This document shows positions 9,958-18,347 of a DNA stretch of 64,000 bases, piece by piece. Location of the stretch: the NCBI GenBank assembly GCA_965198235.1, contig OZ240248.1, positions 3,232,001 to 3,296,000 of the forward strand, in the 5' to 3' direction. A program made the position numbers and the translations under genes. The notes below the pieces were generated by a model, which was not told where the DNA came from, ran no database searches, and was given only the letters and a program-made list of their open reading frames with translations. Source of the stretch: Candidatus Poribacteria bacterium (GTDB taxonomy: Bacteria; Poribacteria; WGA-4E; WGA-3G). The number at the start of each line of letters is the position of its first letter. The stretch's first letter is position 1.

Positions 9958-10716
9958 ATGAAGCTTGGTTTAGTTACATATAATATGGCAAAAGATTGGG
10001 ATGTCCCTACAATCATCGAAAACTGCGTAGAAACAGGATTCTCAGGCGTGGAATTGCGAACAACACATGCCCACGGCGTTGAGGTAGAACTTTCGGCAAG
10101 TGAACGGTCAGCAGTAAAACAGCAATTCGCCGATTCGCCGATCGAGATCGCTGGTTTAGGATCCGCATTTGACTATCATGCCTCGGATCAGGCAGTGGTT
10201 CGCCGGAATATAGCGGGGACGAAGGCGTATTCTCAACTCGCAGCGGCTGTCGGAGCCCCCGGCGTAAAGGTGCGTCCGAATGGACTTCCCAACGAGGTGC
10301 CTGTTGAAAAGACGTTGGAACAGATCGGGTTAGCATTACGCGAGTGTGGTGAATTTGCCGCTGACCTCGGTGTTCAAATCCGGTTAGAAGTACACGGTGG
10401 TGGCACCTCTGAACTTCGTCATATCCGTACGATTATTGATGTCGCTGATCACGATAACGTCTACGTCTGCTGGAATTCTAATTTCGGGGAGGTAGAAGAC
10501 GGTTCTATTCTGAACAACTTCAACTATGCAAGAGGCAGAATCGGCTTGGTGCATATCACGGAACTTCACCGGCGTGAGTATCCGTGGCGAGAACTCTTTA
10601 CATTGCTGAAAGAATCTGGATATACAGGTTATACATTGGCGGAGATTGCGGGGAGTTCCGATCCGCTGCGCGTGATGAATTTCTATCGGGCGTTGTGGGC
10701 AGAACTATCAGGATAA
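9958..10716 (+). CDS. sugar phosphate isomerase/epimerase (xylose isomerase-like TIM barrel)
   Basis: GVELRTTHAHGVE, RLEVHG, VHITEL. Confidence 0.8.
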   Translation: MKLGLVTYNMAKDWDVPTIIENCVETGFSGVELRTTHAHGVEVELSASERSAVKQQFADSPIEIAGLGSAFDYHASDQAVVRRNIAGTKAYSQLAAAVGAPGVKVRPNGLPNEVPVEKTLEQIGLALRECGEFAADLGVQIRLEVHGGGTSELRHIRTIIDVADHDNVYVCWNSNFGEVEDGSILNNFNYARGRIGLVHITELHRREYPWRELFTLLKESGYTGYTLAEIAGSSDPLRVMNFYRALWAELSG

Positions 10717-10729
10717 AGGAGGCACTCTG

Positions 10730-11302
10730 ATGAGTATCCTAAAAGCCGATCATGAACAAGTTGTCGTATCTCTCACACCGTTGGAGACCGATATGACAGT
10801 GCAGGAATTTCTTGAAAGCGATTTAGAGAGATATGAATATGTGAAAGGAGAACTCATACCCATGCCACCGACTTCAGGAGAACACGGCGATATTAGTATG
10901 AGCCTTGTTTTATTTTTGGGTCCGTATGTGCATCAGCATCAACTGGGTCGTGTCTATACGTCGGATACAGGTTTCCAGATCGGTGACCGGGTCCTGATGC
11001 CAGATATTGCGTTTGTTTCGTCAGCAAGACTGCCTGATGACAGACGCAAAACGTTCTCCATCCCGCCGGACCTTGCCGTTGAAGTCGTTTCCCCGACAGA
11101 TGCACAGTTTCGGGTCGTTGAAAAGGCACTTGTCTATCTCGCTGCGGGGACCCGACTCGTTTGGGTAATTGAACCAGTGGCGAAAACGGTAACAGTGTAT
11201 CGTTCGGAGACAGACATCAAAATGCTCACGCGCGAAGATACACTTGACGGTGAAGATGTCGTGGAAGGCTTTTCCTGTCAAGTTTCACAGCTTTTTGAGT
11301 GA
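10730..11302 (+). CDS. Uma2 family endonuclease (paralog of 9376..9948)
   Basis: Same motifs; identical C-terminus GEDVVEGFSCQVSQLFE. Confidence 0.88.
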   Translation: MSILKADHEQVVVSLTPLETDMTVQEFLESDLERYEYVKGELIPMPPTSGEHGDISMSLVLFLGPYVHQHQLGRVYTSDTGFQIGDRVLMPDIAFVSSARLPDDRRKTFSIPPDLAVEVVSPTDAQFRVVEKALVYLAAGTRLVWVIEPVAKTVTVYRSETDIKMLTREDTLDGEDVVEGFSCQVSQLFE

Positions 11303-11314
11303 GGATAGATACCA

Positions 11315-13651
11315 TTGTCCAGATTGCAATTTTATATCTTATCCATAGGGATATTTCTGCTGACTTCTATCGGTATGAGTGACACACTTGAAAGCATTCG
11401 TTTCAGCAACGATATTTGGGACGTTGAAATCGTTCCGCATTCGCTTGCTGTGAATGTCTATCCTGCAGGGACGGACATAACAGTTCGAGCTTCATCGGGT
11501 CAGACAGGATTTGGTGCTGTGACGGACTTTTCTGATGAAGGCAACGGTATGAGTTGGAAACTGCCGGAACGCTCCCTTACCGTTCACGTTGAATCGGTAA
11601 GGAACTCGCTAACGATCGAATTTATTCAAGATGCCCCTGCAAGCGACACACAAAATTTTACATGGCCTGTTATTAAAAACACTGAATCCATCCACGGCTA
11701 TATTTTCCCCTTTTTTGAGGGGAGTTATGTGCCGAAAGATGATTCAACATGGCGAGATTTTCTATGTGAACAGGGACCGATAAATACGACAGCGGGTCTC
11801 TCTATGCCGTTTTGGGGGTTGGATCTTGGCGAGAGAACACTTACCTATATTCTGACGAACCCCTTCAACAATCAAATTCTGTTCCGTGAGACGGAAACGT
11901 CTGACTTAGGTATGCAGGTATCACACGCCTTCACGCCGAATTGGGAACAGAAAACATACGGAGTGCGTCTTTCACTTGGTGCAGCATCACCCGTTGAACC
12001 TGCAAAGCAGTATCGGCAGTGGCTGATCGGGAACGGTGAATTCGTTTCGTTTGCTGAGAAGATAGCAAATATCCCAGAGGCGGAAAAATTGCTCGGTGCC
12101 GCCCATATCTATCTCTGGGGAGGCAAGCTCCTCAGTCAGTACGATATAAGGGATTGGAAGGCGTTTGCTACAAAACTTAGTCTTGGTGGCGATGAAAATA
12201 CGGTTGGAGCGGTCGGGAAACACATCTTTTCACAACTGAACACAGAGGCACAGGAAGTCGTCCAAAACATGGCACGGGCTGATTATTCCTCTAACTACAG
12301 CCGACGTGTTGTGAGCCGTGCATTAAGTGAACAACTTGAGAAACCCGGTTTTTACAATGCCTCTGCGTGGGCAGGAATTCCCCTCGCATCAGAAACAGAA
12401 ACGTTGGTTTCGCAGGACGTATCCACGCTATCGCTTCCAGAAATTTACCGACGCAACTGTCTGCTACTTTACGAAGCCTTCCCCGACATACTACGGCATC
12501 CAGACGAATGGGGAGATGGTCTCTCTGTGAAACTACTGGAGCGGCTCGCTGAAAGTGGGTTGGACAGACTCTGGCTCGGTGCTGATTCATGGCAGGACGG
12601 ATTTCGGCATCCGACTGCTGTCGCGAAAGCGAAAGAACTCGGTTATCTGGTCGGACCCTACGATTCTTACCATAGTATCCATCATCCGAACGAAAAGGAT
12701 ACGTGGGAAACCGCACAATTTGATCTGTCGCTTTATGAGACTGGCGCAATTGTCAACGCAGATGGCACGAAGAATAAAGGGTTTAAAAAGAAAGGGTATC
12801 ACTTAAGTCCGCTCGTCGCGCAATCTTATGTCGAGGATCGCGTCAACGGCATCGTTACACAGATGCCAACAGACTTCAATTCGTGGTTCATTGATTGCGA
12901 TGCTTACGGTGAACTCTTCGACGACTATTCGCCATCCCATCCTGCGACGCAGTTAGATGGTATGAACGCACGACTTGCTCGTATTGCATGGATTCGAGAT
13001 ACGTATAATATGGTCGTAGGTTCGGAAGGTGGTGCTGCTTACGCCGCAGCGACGCTCCACTTCGCACACGGAATGATGGTCCCTGTCGTCGGGTGGGGTG
13101 ACCCAGATATGAAGACGAAAAATTCACCCTACTACATTGGTGGATACTGGCCCCCCGAGGCTCCAGCGATCCACGTCCAACAGGTGCCTCTCAAACCTAA
13201 CTACCTGTATCTTTATTTTGATCCGCGTTTCCGGTTACCGCTCTACCAGATTGTGTTTCATGACTCAGTGGTCACGACAAACCATTGGGGGTCTGGCAGC
13301 CTCAAATTTGAGAATGCAATCGAGACGTTGGCACTGTTGGAATTGCTTTACAACGTCCCGCCGTTATACCATCTGAATATGTCAGAATTTTCAAAGCATG
13401 AAGTGTGGATAAAGCGGCACTACGCTTTCTTTTCACCGTTGCATCGGCACATCGGCGGTCAGACGATGACCGATTTTGAGTGGTTGAGTGAAGATAAGCA
13501 GGTCCAACGCACTGAATTTGGGAATACTGTTGAACTGTTCGCGAACTTCGGAACGAACCCGTTTGAATATGAAGGTGTGATGATTCCGGGACAAAGCGTT
13601 ATAGCGAGATGGGTTGGTACTGGTGAAGCTGAGGTGTTTTCTGCAGAGTAA
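11315..13651 (+). CDS. secreted glycoside hydrolase, GH129/GHL-like
   Basis: Signal peptide; GYLVGPYDSYH, NSWFIDCD, VVGSEGG, RLPLYQIVFHDSVV. Confidence 0.7.
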   Translation: MSRLQFYILSIGIFLLTSIGMSDTLESIRFSNDIWDVEIVPHSLAVNVYPAGTDITVRASSGQTGFGAVTDFSDEGNGMSWKLPERSLTVHVESVRNSLTIEFIQDAPASDTQNFTWPVIKNTESIHGYIFPFFEGSYVPKDDSTWRDFLCEQGPINTTAGLSMPFWGLDLGERTLTYILTNPFNNQILFRETETSDLGMQVSHAFTPNWEQKTYGVRLSLGAASPVEPAKQYRQWLIGNGEFVSFAEKIANIPEAEKLLGAAHIYLWGGKLLSQYDIRDWKAFATKLSLGGDENTVGAVGKHIFSQLNTEAQEVVQNMARADYSSNYSRRVVSRALSEQLEKPGFYNASAWAGIPLASETETLVSQDVSTLSLPEIYRRNCLLLYEAFPDILRHPDEWGDGLSVKLLERLAESGLDRLWLGADSWQDGFRHPTAVAKAKELGYLVGPYDSYHSIHHPNEKDTWETAQFDLSLYETGAIVNADGTKNKGFKKKGYHLSPLVAQSYVEDRVNGIVTQMPTDFNSWFIDCDAYGELFDDYSPSHPATQLDGMNARLARIAWIRDTYNMVVGSEGGAAYAAATLHFAHGMMVPVVGWGDPDMKTKNSPYYIGGYWPPEAPAIHVQQVPLKPNYLYLYFDPRFRLPLYQIVFHDSVVTTNHWGSGSLKFENAIETLALLELLYNVPPLYHLNMSEFSKHEVWIKRHYAFFSPLHRHIGGQTMTDFEWLSEDKQVQRTEFGNTVELFANFGTNPFEYEGVMIPGQSVIARWVGTGEAEVFSAE

Positions 13652-13802
13652 CCCAAGTTGCTACTTACACGATTTTAGGCATACAACGTCCTTTTTTACG
13701 GAAGGTTGTTGATGACCTCACGATTTTGTAGCGTATCCTGTTAGGTTGCGCACCCTTAAGCACAGACTAACAGTCTATGCTACAAAAATGGCAACTTGCG
13801 TT
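13650..13802. repeat. MITE-like element with imperfect terminal and internal inverted repeats
   Basis: AACCCAAGTTGC ... GCAACTTGCGTT ends; internal TTTTGTAGCGTA...TATGCTACAAAA arms. Confidence 0.5.
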
Positions 13803-13832
13803 ATCTATAGAAACGGCGGTATACCCAGTTTC

Positions 13833-13908
13833 GCACTCCAGCGGAGTGCTATGTCTATAGAAAAGACGCACGCGAGCCACCGCACTCCAGCGGAGTGCTA
13901 TGTCTATA
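13833..13908 (+). repeat. two copies of palindromic repeat GCACTCCAGCGGAGTGCTATGTCTATA
   Basis: Direct copies at 13833 and 13882; same family at 20237-20386. Confidence 0.85.
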
Positions 13909-14006
13909 AAGTAGGTAGCAATTTGAGTTAATTTATAGTTGGCAAAGCAGGAAAAATATGATACACTTTTGGAAATCTATTTACATGGAGGTTTGTAGAC
14001 ATTAGT

Positions 14007-15059
14007 ATGAAAGATTATCCGAATCGGGAGGCACTCCGTAAGGCACACGACATATATCGGGATGCTATGCGTCCATTCATTGTCCAATGCTTGAAGAGGG
14101 TTAAAGGCGAGAACATTGAAGACTTAATTCGCTATTCTTTGGACGATTGGGGGAGGGAAAAATTTGAGCAAAGTCTACAAGGGTCCGACGAAAGCATCGA
14201 AGCAGCCATAGATATTGGCGATTTTCCCCACATTATCGGAAAATATTGGTATCTTGATCGGGCTTTCAGTCAACAGTTTGATTCCAATTCAAAGGTCCAA
14301 TATAAGACTGGAATTATAGCGGACGGTCGAAATCTTTGGGCACATCCAGGGGTAGAGGATCTGGACCCCGAACGCACTCGGGCAGACTTAACTTACGTCG
14401 CTGAAGTACTCGGCGAGATTAACAATCGAGATGCAAAGCGTGAAGTTGAAGATATCCGAGATCAGCTTTTTTCTCATGAAGAGGAAGAACACACCGCGGA
14501 TGTATCTGACCAACTGGAAGTGGTAGGAGCAGAGAACACTGAATTGAAAAAACAGCTCAATACTACATCAAGTCGATTGGAAGAGGTGGAAACAGAATGG
14601 ATTGCTTCCGAGGAACGCCTCACAGATAGGTTAAATCTGTTGAAATCAGTGGAAGCGGAGAACGCTGACTTGAAAAAACGTCTTTTGGAAAAAGAGAATC
14701 GTCTAAAAACTGTTGAATCGGAAAGTGGCGAACGCATCAAAACCTTGTCGGAACAGTTGATTGATAATGCTACAAAGTTGGAGGCTTTGAAAGAGGAAAC
14801 ACTTTCAACGTTGTCAGATCAATTGAGGACGGTAGAAGCAGAAAAGACCGAATTGAAGGAAACGGACGAAGACAGCATTTTCTTAAACGAAGTGTGTACG
14901 GAATCCCAAAGTGATTCCGAGAGTCCTGCGAAGTCTCCAAAACCTCAGCGGAAATGGCGGCGGCCCGGTGCAGTCGCTGCCTCCGAGATACTGTCGAGAT
15001 TCAGGAAACTGAGGCAAAAATTGCGAAAATTCTCAATCCGAGCGAAAAATCTCGCTTAG
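14007..15059 (+). CDS. Swt1-like HEPN domain protein with C-terminal coiled coil
   Basis: RNLWAH (RxxxxH) motif, IDIGDF..II..YW; heptad E/K/L-rich region. Confidence 0.7.
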   Translation: MKDYPNREALRKAHDIYRDAMRPFIVQCLKRVKGENIEDLIRYSLDDWGREKFEQSLQGSDESIEAAIDIGDFPHIIGKYWYLDRAFSQQFDSNSKVQYKTGIIADGRNLWAHPGVEDLDPERTRADLTYVAEVLGEINNRDAKREVEDIRDQLFSHEEEEHTADVSDQLEVVGAENTELKKQLNTTSSRLEEVETEWIASEERLTDRLNLLKSVEAENADLKKRLLEKENRLKTVESESGERIKTLSEQLIDNATKLEALKEETLSTLSDQLRTVEAEKTELKETDEDSIFLNEVCTESQSDSESPAKSPKPQRKWRRPGAVAASEILSRFRKLRQKLRKFSIRAKNLA

Positions 15060-15092
15060 AGCGCGAATTGCGCGAGGCAAAACGAGCCGTGG

Positions 15093-15551
15093 ATGGTTCT
15101 TGATTTTATGAACCGTAATTTACACAATGGAATCAGCGAACTCGCTGTAGCCAGGCGTCAACGCTTGGCAGATGCGAAAGCACTTCTCAATGCCTCTCGG
15201 TGGCGGGGCGCGATGTACATCGGGGGATACGCAGTGGAGTGCCTCTTAAAAACGAAATTAATGCACATCTACGATTGCAAAAATTTGAGCGAACTAGAAG
15301 ACTTACTTCGGCAACGTTCTATACTTTCTGCACACCGTACAGTCTTTACACACCAATTGGAAGATTTACTAAGACTTATCCCAGGCTATGGCCGGATGAT
15401 ACAAAATCGCGACATATTGTCTTTGTTTAACAAAGTCAACCGATGGATGCCAAACTGGCGTTACACGTCCAAGTTCGCAGATCGTGGAGAGGCAACTGAG
15501 TTCATGACTGCTATTGAAAGGTTCATGCAGTGGATAGACAATAACCTCTAA
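15093..15551 (+). CDS. HEPN domain protein
   Basis: RLADAKALL..RWRGAMYIGGYAVECLLK, THQLEDL, W...WRY. Confidence 0.8.
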   Translation: MVLDFMNRNLHNGISELAVARRQRLADAKALLNASRWRGAMYIGGYAVECLLKTKLMHIYDCKNLSELEDLLRQRSILSAHRTVFTHQLEDLLRLIPGYGRMIQNRDILSLFNKVNRWMPNWRYTSKFADRGEATEFMTAIERFMQWIDNNL

Positions 15552-15565
15552 TGGAGAACTTACAC

Positions 15566-15826
15566 ATGGCGTGCGAAATCTTAAAGCAGAAAATTCACAA
15601 TACCCTCAAATCCGGATACTTCAGCGATGCAAAAGATTTTGTTGATGTTTCTGACGGTTCCGCGGATCATGTCCATATTGTCGTCGTCAGCCGAAAATTC
15701 AAGGGACACACTATGGGAAACAGGGTCGATATCATCTGGGACGTGTTGACAAAGCATCTTTCCCAAGAGGAATGGGGACATGTGTTCCTCTCCATCGGCA
15801 TGTTGCCTGAAGAGGTTATGCTCTAG
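15566..15826 (+). CDS. BolA-like small protein, copy 1
   Basis: HVHIVVVSRKFKG...RVDIIWDVL resembles BolA; start 15566 matches the paralog (15551 with TAATG coupling is the alternative). Confidence 0.55.
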   Translation: MACEILKQKIHNTLKSGYFSDAKDFVDVSDGSADHVHIVVVSRKFKGHTMGNRVDIIWDVLTKHLSQEEWGHVFLSIGMLPEEVML

Positions 15827-15842
15827 TAATTGAGGTGGAGAT

Positions 15843-16115
15843 ATGGCATGTGAGATCTTAAAGCAGAAAATTCATAATGCGCTCAAAGCAGGCTCCTTCA
15901 GCGGGCCAGACTACTTCATTGATGTCTTCGACGATGACGAAGAACACATCCGCATTCTTGTCATCAGTCGTAAATTTGACATCTATGAATACAAACGCTC
16001 AGAACGGGAAGACCGGGTTTGGGAAGATATCTTGCAAGTGCTATCCGAAGATGAACTTGAACACATTTCCCGTATCGTTACCGTGAATCCCGAAGAGATT
16101 AAGATCTATACCTAA
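15843..16115 (+). CDS. BolA-like small protein, copy 2
   Basis: MACEILKQKIHN shared with copy 1; HIRILVISRKF...REDRVWEDI; GAGGTGGAG RBS. Confidence 0.55.
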   Translation: MACEILKQKIHNALKAGSFSGPDYFIDVFDDDEEHIRILVISRKFDIYEYKRSEREDRVWEDILQVLSEDELEHISRIVTVNPEEIKIYT

Positions 16116-16159
16116 CATTATACACACCTCCTATAGCCTCCGACAAAGTAAAATTTCAG

Positions 16160-16189
16160 TTGCAATCGACGGATCCCTCCCGGTATAAT
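16160..16189 (+). promoter_or_regulatory. sigma70-type promoter
   Basis: TTGCAA-18bp-TATAAT. Confidence 0.5.
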
Positions 16190-16252
16190 ACAGTTATCGT
16201 CCTATCTCATTAGAATAATTGCGTTTCCCGAATTTCGCTGGAGGTGGAAACT

Positions 16253-16600
16253 ATGTTTATGCAGAAACTCGCAGCCAGTCTTCGGTTCCTTGGAATTCTA
16301 TTTGTTAGGATTTTAGCGGGAATCGTAGTAGGACACTTGTGGGTTGCCGCTGTAGCATTTATTTTTCATATCACGGGGGAAAATGTAGTATCTGAACACG
16401 CTGCGATAGGTTACGATTTTCACATTAGCAATCCTTATGATTATTTTGATTCAAAATACGACACAAGCAGCCCTGTTTTTCGTGTTGTCGCTTGGGTTGC
16501 ATGTATAGGAAACTTGGGGTGTATGGTTCTTGGCATTCTGTGGGGTTTTTCTCAAGGTAGATTAGATTTGCGGAGATGGTTGAGAAAACGACCAGTTTAG
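16253..16600 (+). CDS. hypothetical membrane protein (2 TM)
   Basis: GGAGG RBS, two hydrophobic segments. Confidence 0.6.
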   Translation: MFMQKLAASLRFLGILFVRILAGIVVGHLWVAAVAFIFHITGENVVSEHAAIGYDFHISNPYDYFDSKYDTSSPVFRVVAWVACIGNLGCMVLGILWGFSQGRLDLRRWLRKRPV

Positions 16601-16631
16601 AAAAGTAGTATCCTTTTCATAAGGGAAAGTT

Positions 16632-17021
16632 ATGGATCAGATCGAATTTTATCAGGCAAAGCTCAATTACGAGACGGATTCTTGGGACCTCTTTGAGGCA
16701 CTCAATAACGGGGAACCGATTGTCGTCATAGATGCGCGTTCTTCAGAGGCGTATGCGCATGAACACATTCCAACAGCGATAAATATACCGCATCGAACAA
16801 TGTCTGAGGCGACGACAAGTGAACTCGATAAATCTAAGGTGTATGTGACCTACTGTGATGGTATTGGTTGCAATGCTTCTCCCAAAGGTGCTTTGAATAT
16901 GGCAAAATTAGGGTTTCAGGTTAAGGAGTTAATCGGTGGTTTAGATTGGTGGAAACGTGATGGCTACGAAACGAAAGGCGAGCAAGGAATATCAGGTTCG
17001 CAAGTTGTGTGTGGATGCTAA
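16632..17021 (+). CDS. rhodanese-like domain protein
   Basis: VIDARS, HIPTAINIP, YCDGIGCNAS, ELIGGLDWW. Confidence 0.9.
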   Translation: MDQIEFYQAKLNYETDSWDLFEALNNGEPIVVIDARSSEAYAHEHIPTAINIPHRTMSEATTSELDKSKVYVTYCDGIGCNASPKGALNMAKLGFQVKELIGGLDWWKRDGYETKGEQGISGSQVVCGC

Positions 17022-17036
17022 TACTGTAATAACATT

Positions 17037-17164
17037 TATAGTAAAATCCCAAAATCCGTGAACACCTTGAGAAGTGAACCCCCCTTCCCCCCTTATCAGG
17101 GGGGTAAGAGACACGTCAAAATCTCCAAGTTTAAAGTGCCTCAATAATTGTGGGCTTTACTATA
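17037..17164. mobile_element. MITE-like element with TA-bounded imperfect TIRs
   Basis: TATAGTAAAATCCCA ... TGGGCTTTACTATA; internal CCCCCCTTATCAGGGGGG hairpin also seen near 20676. Confidence 0.55.
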
Positions 17165-17265
17165 ATTTGCAATCGCTGGCCAAGAGGGTGTATAATTAAA
17201 ATCGGTCTGTTTCATTTGTAGCAAAACACTTTTTCTGAAAATTCTTCAGAAACACGAGATTTAAT

Positions 17266-17294
17266 TTGCAATTGCGAATGAAATGGTGTATAAT
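17266..17294 (+). promoter_or_regulatory. promoter of tRNA-Asn
   Basis: TTGCAA-17bp-TATAAT, 11 bp upstream of the tRNA; a second TTGCAA-18-TATAAT lies at 17167-17196. Confidence 0.7.
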
Positions 17295-17305
17295 TACATT
17301 AACAT

Positions 17306-17378
17306 TCCCCCATAGCTCAGTTGGTAGAGCAGATGGCTGTTAACCATCGTGTCGGCGGTTCGAGTCCGTCTGGGGGAG
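17306..17378 (+). tRNA. tRNA-Asn(GTT), CCA not encoded
   Basis: Acceptor TCCCCCA/TGGGGGA, D-arm AGCTCAGTTGGTAGAGC, anticodon arm GATGG-CTGTTAA-CCATC, T-loop GGTTCGAGTCC. Confidence 0.97.
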
Positions 17379-17385
17379 CTCTCAA

Positions 17386-17438
17386 TTTTGCTGACGGGCT
17401 TTGCCACTCATTTTGGTTGCCAAGGTTCGTCAGCAAAA
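17386..17438 (+). terminator. hairpin downstream of tRNA
   Basis: TTTTGCTGACG ... CGTCAGCAAAA inverted repeat. Confidence 0.45.
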
Positions 17439-17492
17439 ATTTTTAATCTATTCCTGTCCAAACTTGCTCCACTTCTCCAATGGAGGTTTCAG

Positions 17493-18317
17493 ATGCCTAA
17501 AAAATTTACCGATGCACAGCTTGATGAACTCTTAGCGAAAGGCTATTTAATTGTACCCGACTACTATTCAGGTGAACAACTTGCGGAGATGCAAGCTGCC
17601 CAACGCCGTGTGCTCCCGACATGGGAAGAAGTTAAGGATGACCCACCACCCGGTAGAGCGACTTTGACCGAATTTCCGCCCGCTGAAATGGCTTTATTAC
17701 GTGCGATCGTGGACCACGATGCATGGGAATTCGCACGTAAATTTCTGAAAACGCGGCATATTCACTACCGTGCTGGGTGTATGATTGTACGCTATCCCGG
17801 ATTTAAAGGCCCGGGTGTCCGTAGCGACCCCAGCAATTTGCACATTGATAACGGCAACAACTCACTGTTACCACAGTCCGAGTCCGCCCCTGAATTCGGA
17901 CAACTCGGCTTTTGGGTACACCTTGAAGATGTTGACGAAGACCAAGCACCGCTTAGACTCCTTGCTAAGGGACACGGACGGGATACCTCTAAATACGAGC
18001 CCCTTGTTTGTAAAGGTGGGACCCTCTGTATCTTCAACAACTATACATTGCATTCAGCAAGCGATTACCTGGGGGAAGACGGGCAACGCTTCACGTGGGG
18101 ATTCGGTTTAGGACGGGCAGACCACTATTGGGAAGGTTTTCGGCACTACACAGACAAAGGTCGGAATGCAACCTTCTCAAAATTCATCGGCACGCTGACA
18201 GCGGCAGAGCGCGAGGTTTTTCGGTTCCCACCTGCTGGGCATCCGTACTACACACCGCAAACGCTTCAGGCGTTGGAAGAACAGTATCCCGGTTGGAATG
18301 CCCGCGGCGAGTATTGA
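17493..18317 (+). CDS. phytanoyl-CoA dioxygenase (PhyH) family Fe/2OG oxygenase
   Basis: KGYLIVPDY, HxD (LHIDNG), distal His (TLHSAS); GGAGG RBS before 17493; the longer ORF overlaps the tRNA. Confidence 0.8.
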   Translation: MPKKFTDAQLDELLAKGYLIVPDYYSGEQLAEMQAAQRRVLPTWEEVKDDPPPGRATLTEFPPAEMALLRAIVDHDAWEFARKFLKTRHIHYRAGCMIVRYPGFKGPGVRSDPSNLHIDNGNNSLLPQSESAPEFGQLGFWVHLEDVDEDQAPLRLLAKGHGRDTSKYEPLVCKGGTLCIFNNYTLHSASDYLGEDGQRFTWGFGLGRADHYWEGFRHYTDKGRNATFSKFIGTLTAAEREVFRFPPAGHPYYTPQTLQALEEQYPGWNARGEY

Positions 18318-18347
18318 TAACACATGATCCTATTGCCAAACAGCGCG

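Noticed and set aside
13833-13908. Possible CRISPR array
   Set aside because: Only two units, short spacer, dispersed and inverted copies elsewhere, no cas genes
17306-17378. tRNA as an integration site for an island
   Set aside because: No integrase and no duplicated tRNA 3' end seen in the window
17349-17492. N-terminal extension of the PhyH ORF
   Set aside because: Overlaps tRNA-Asn and its hairpin; a good RBS precedes ATG 17493
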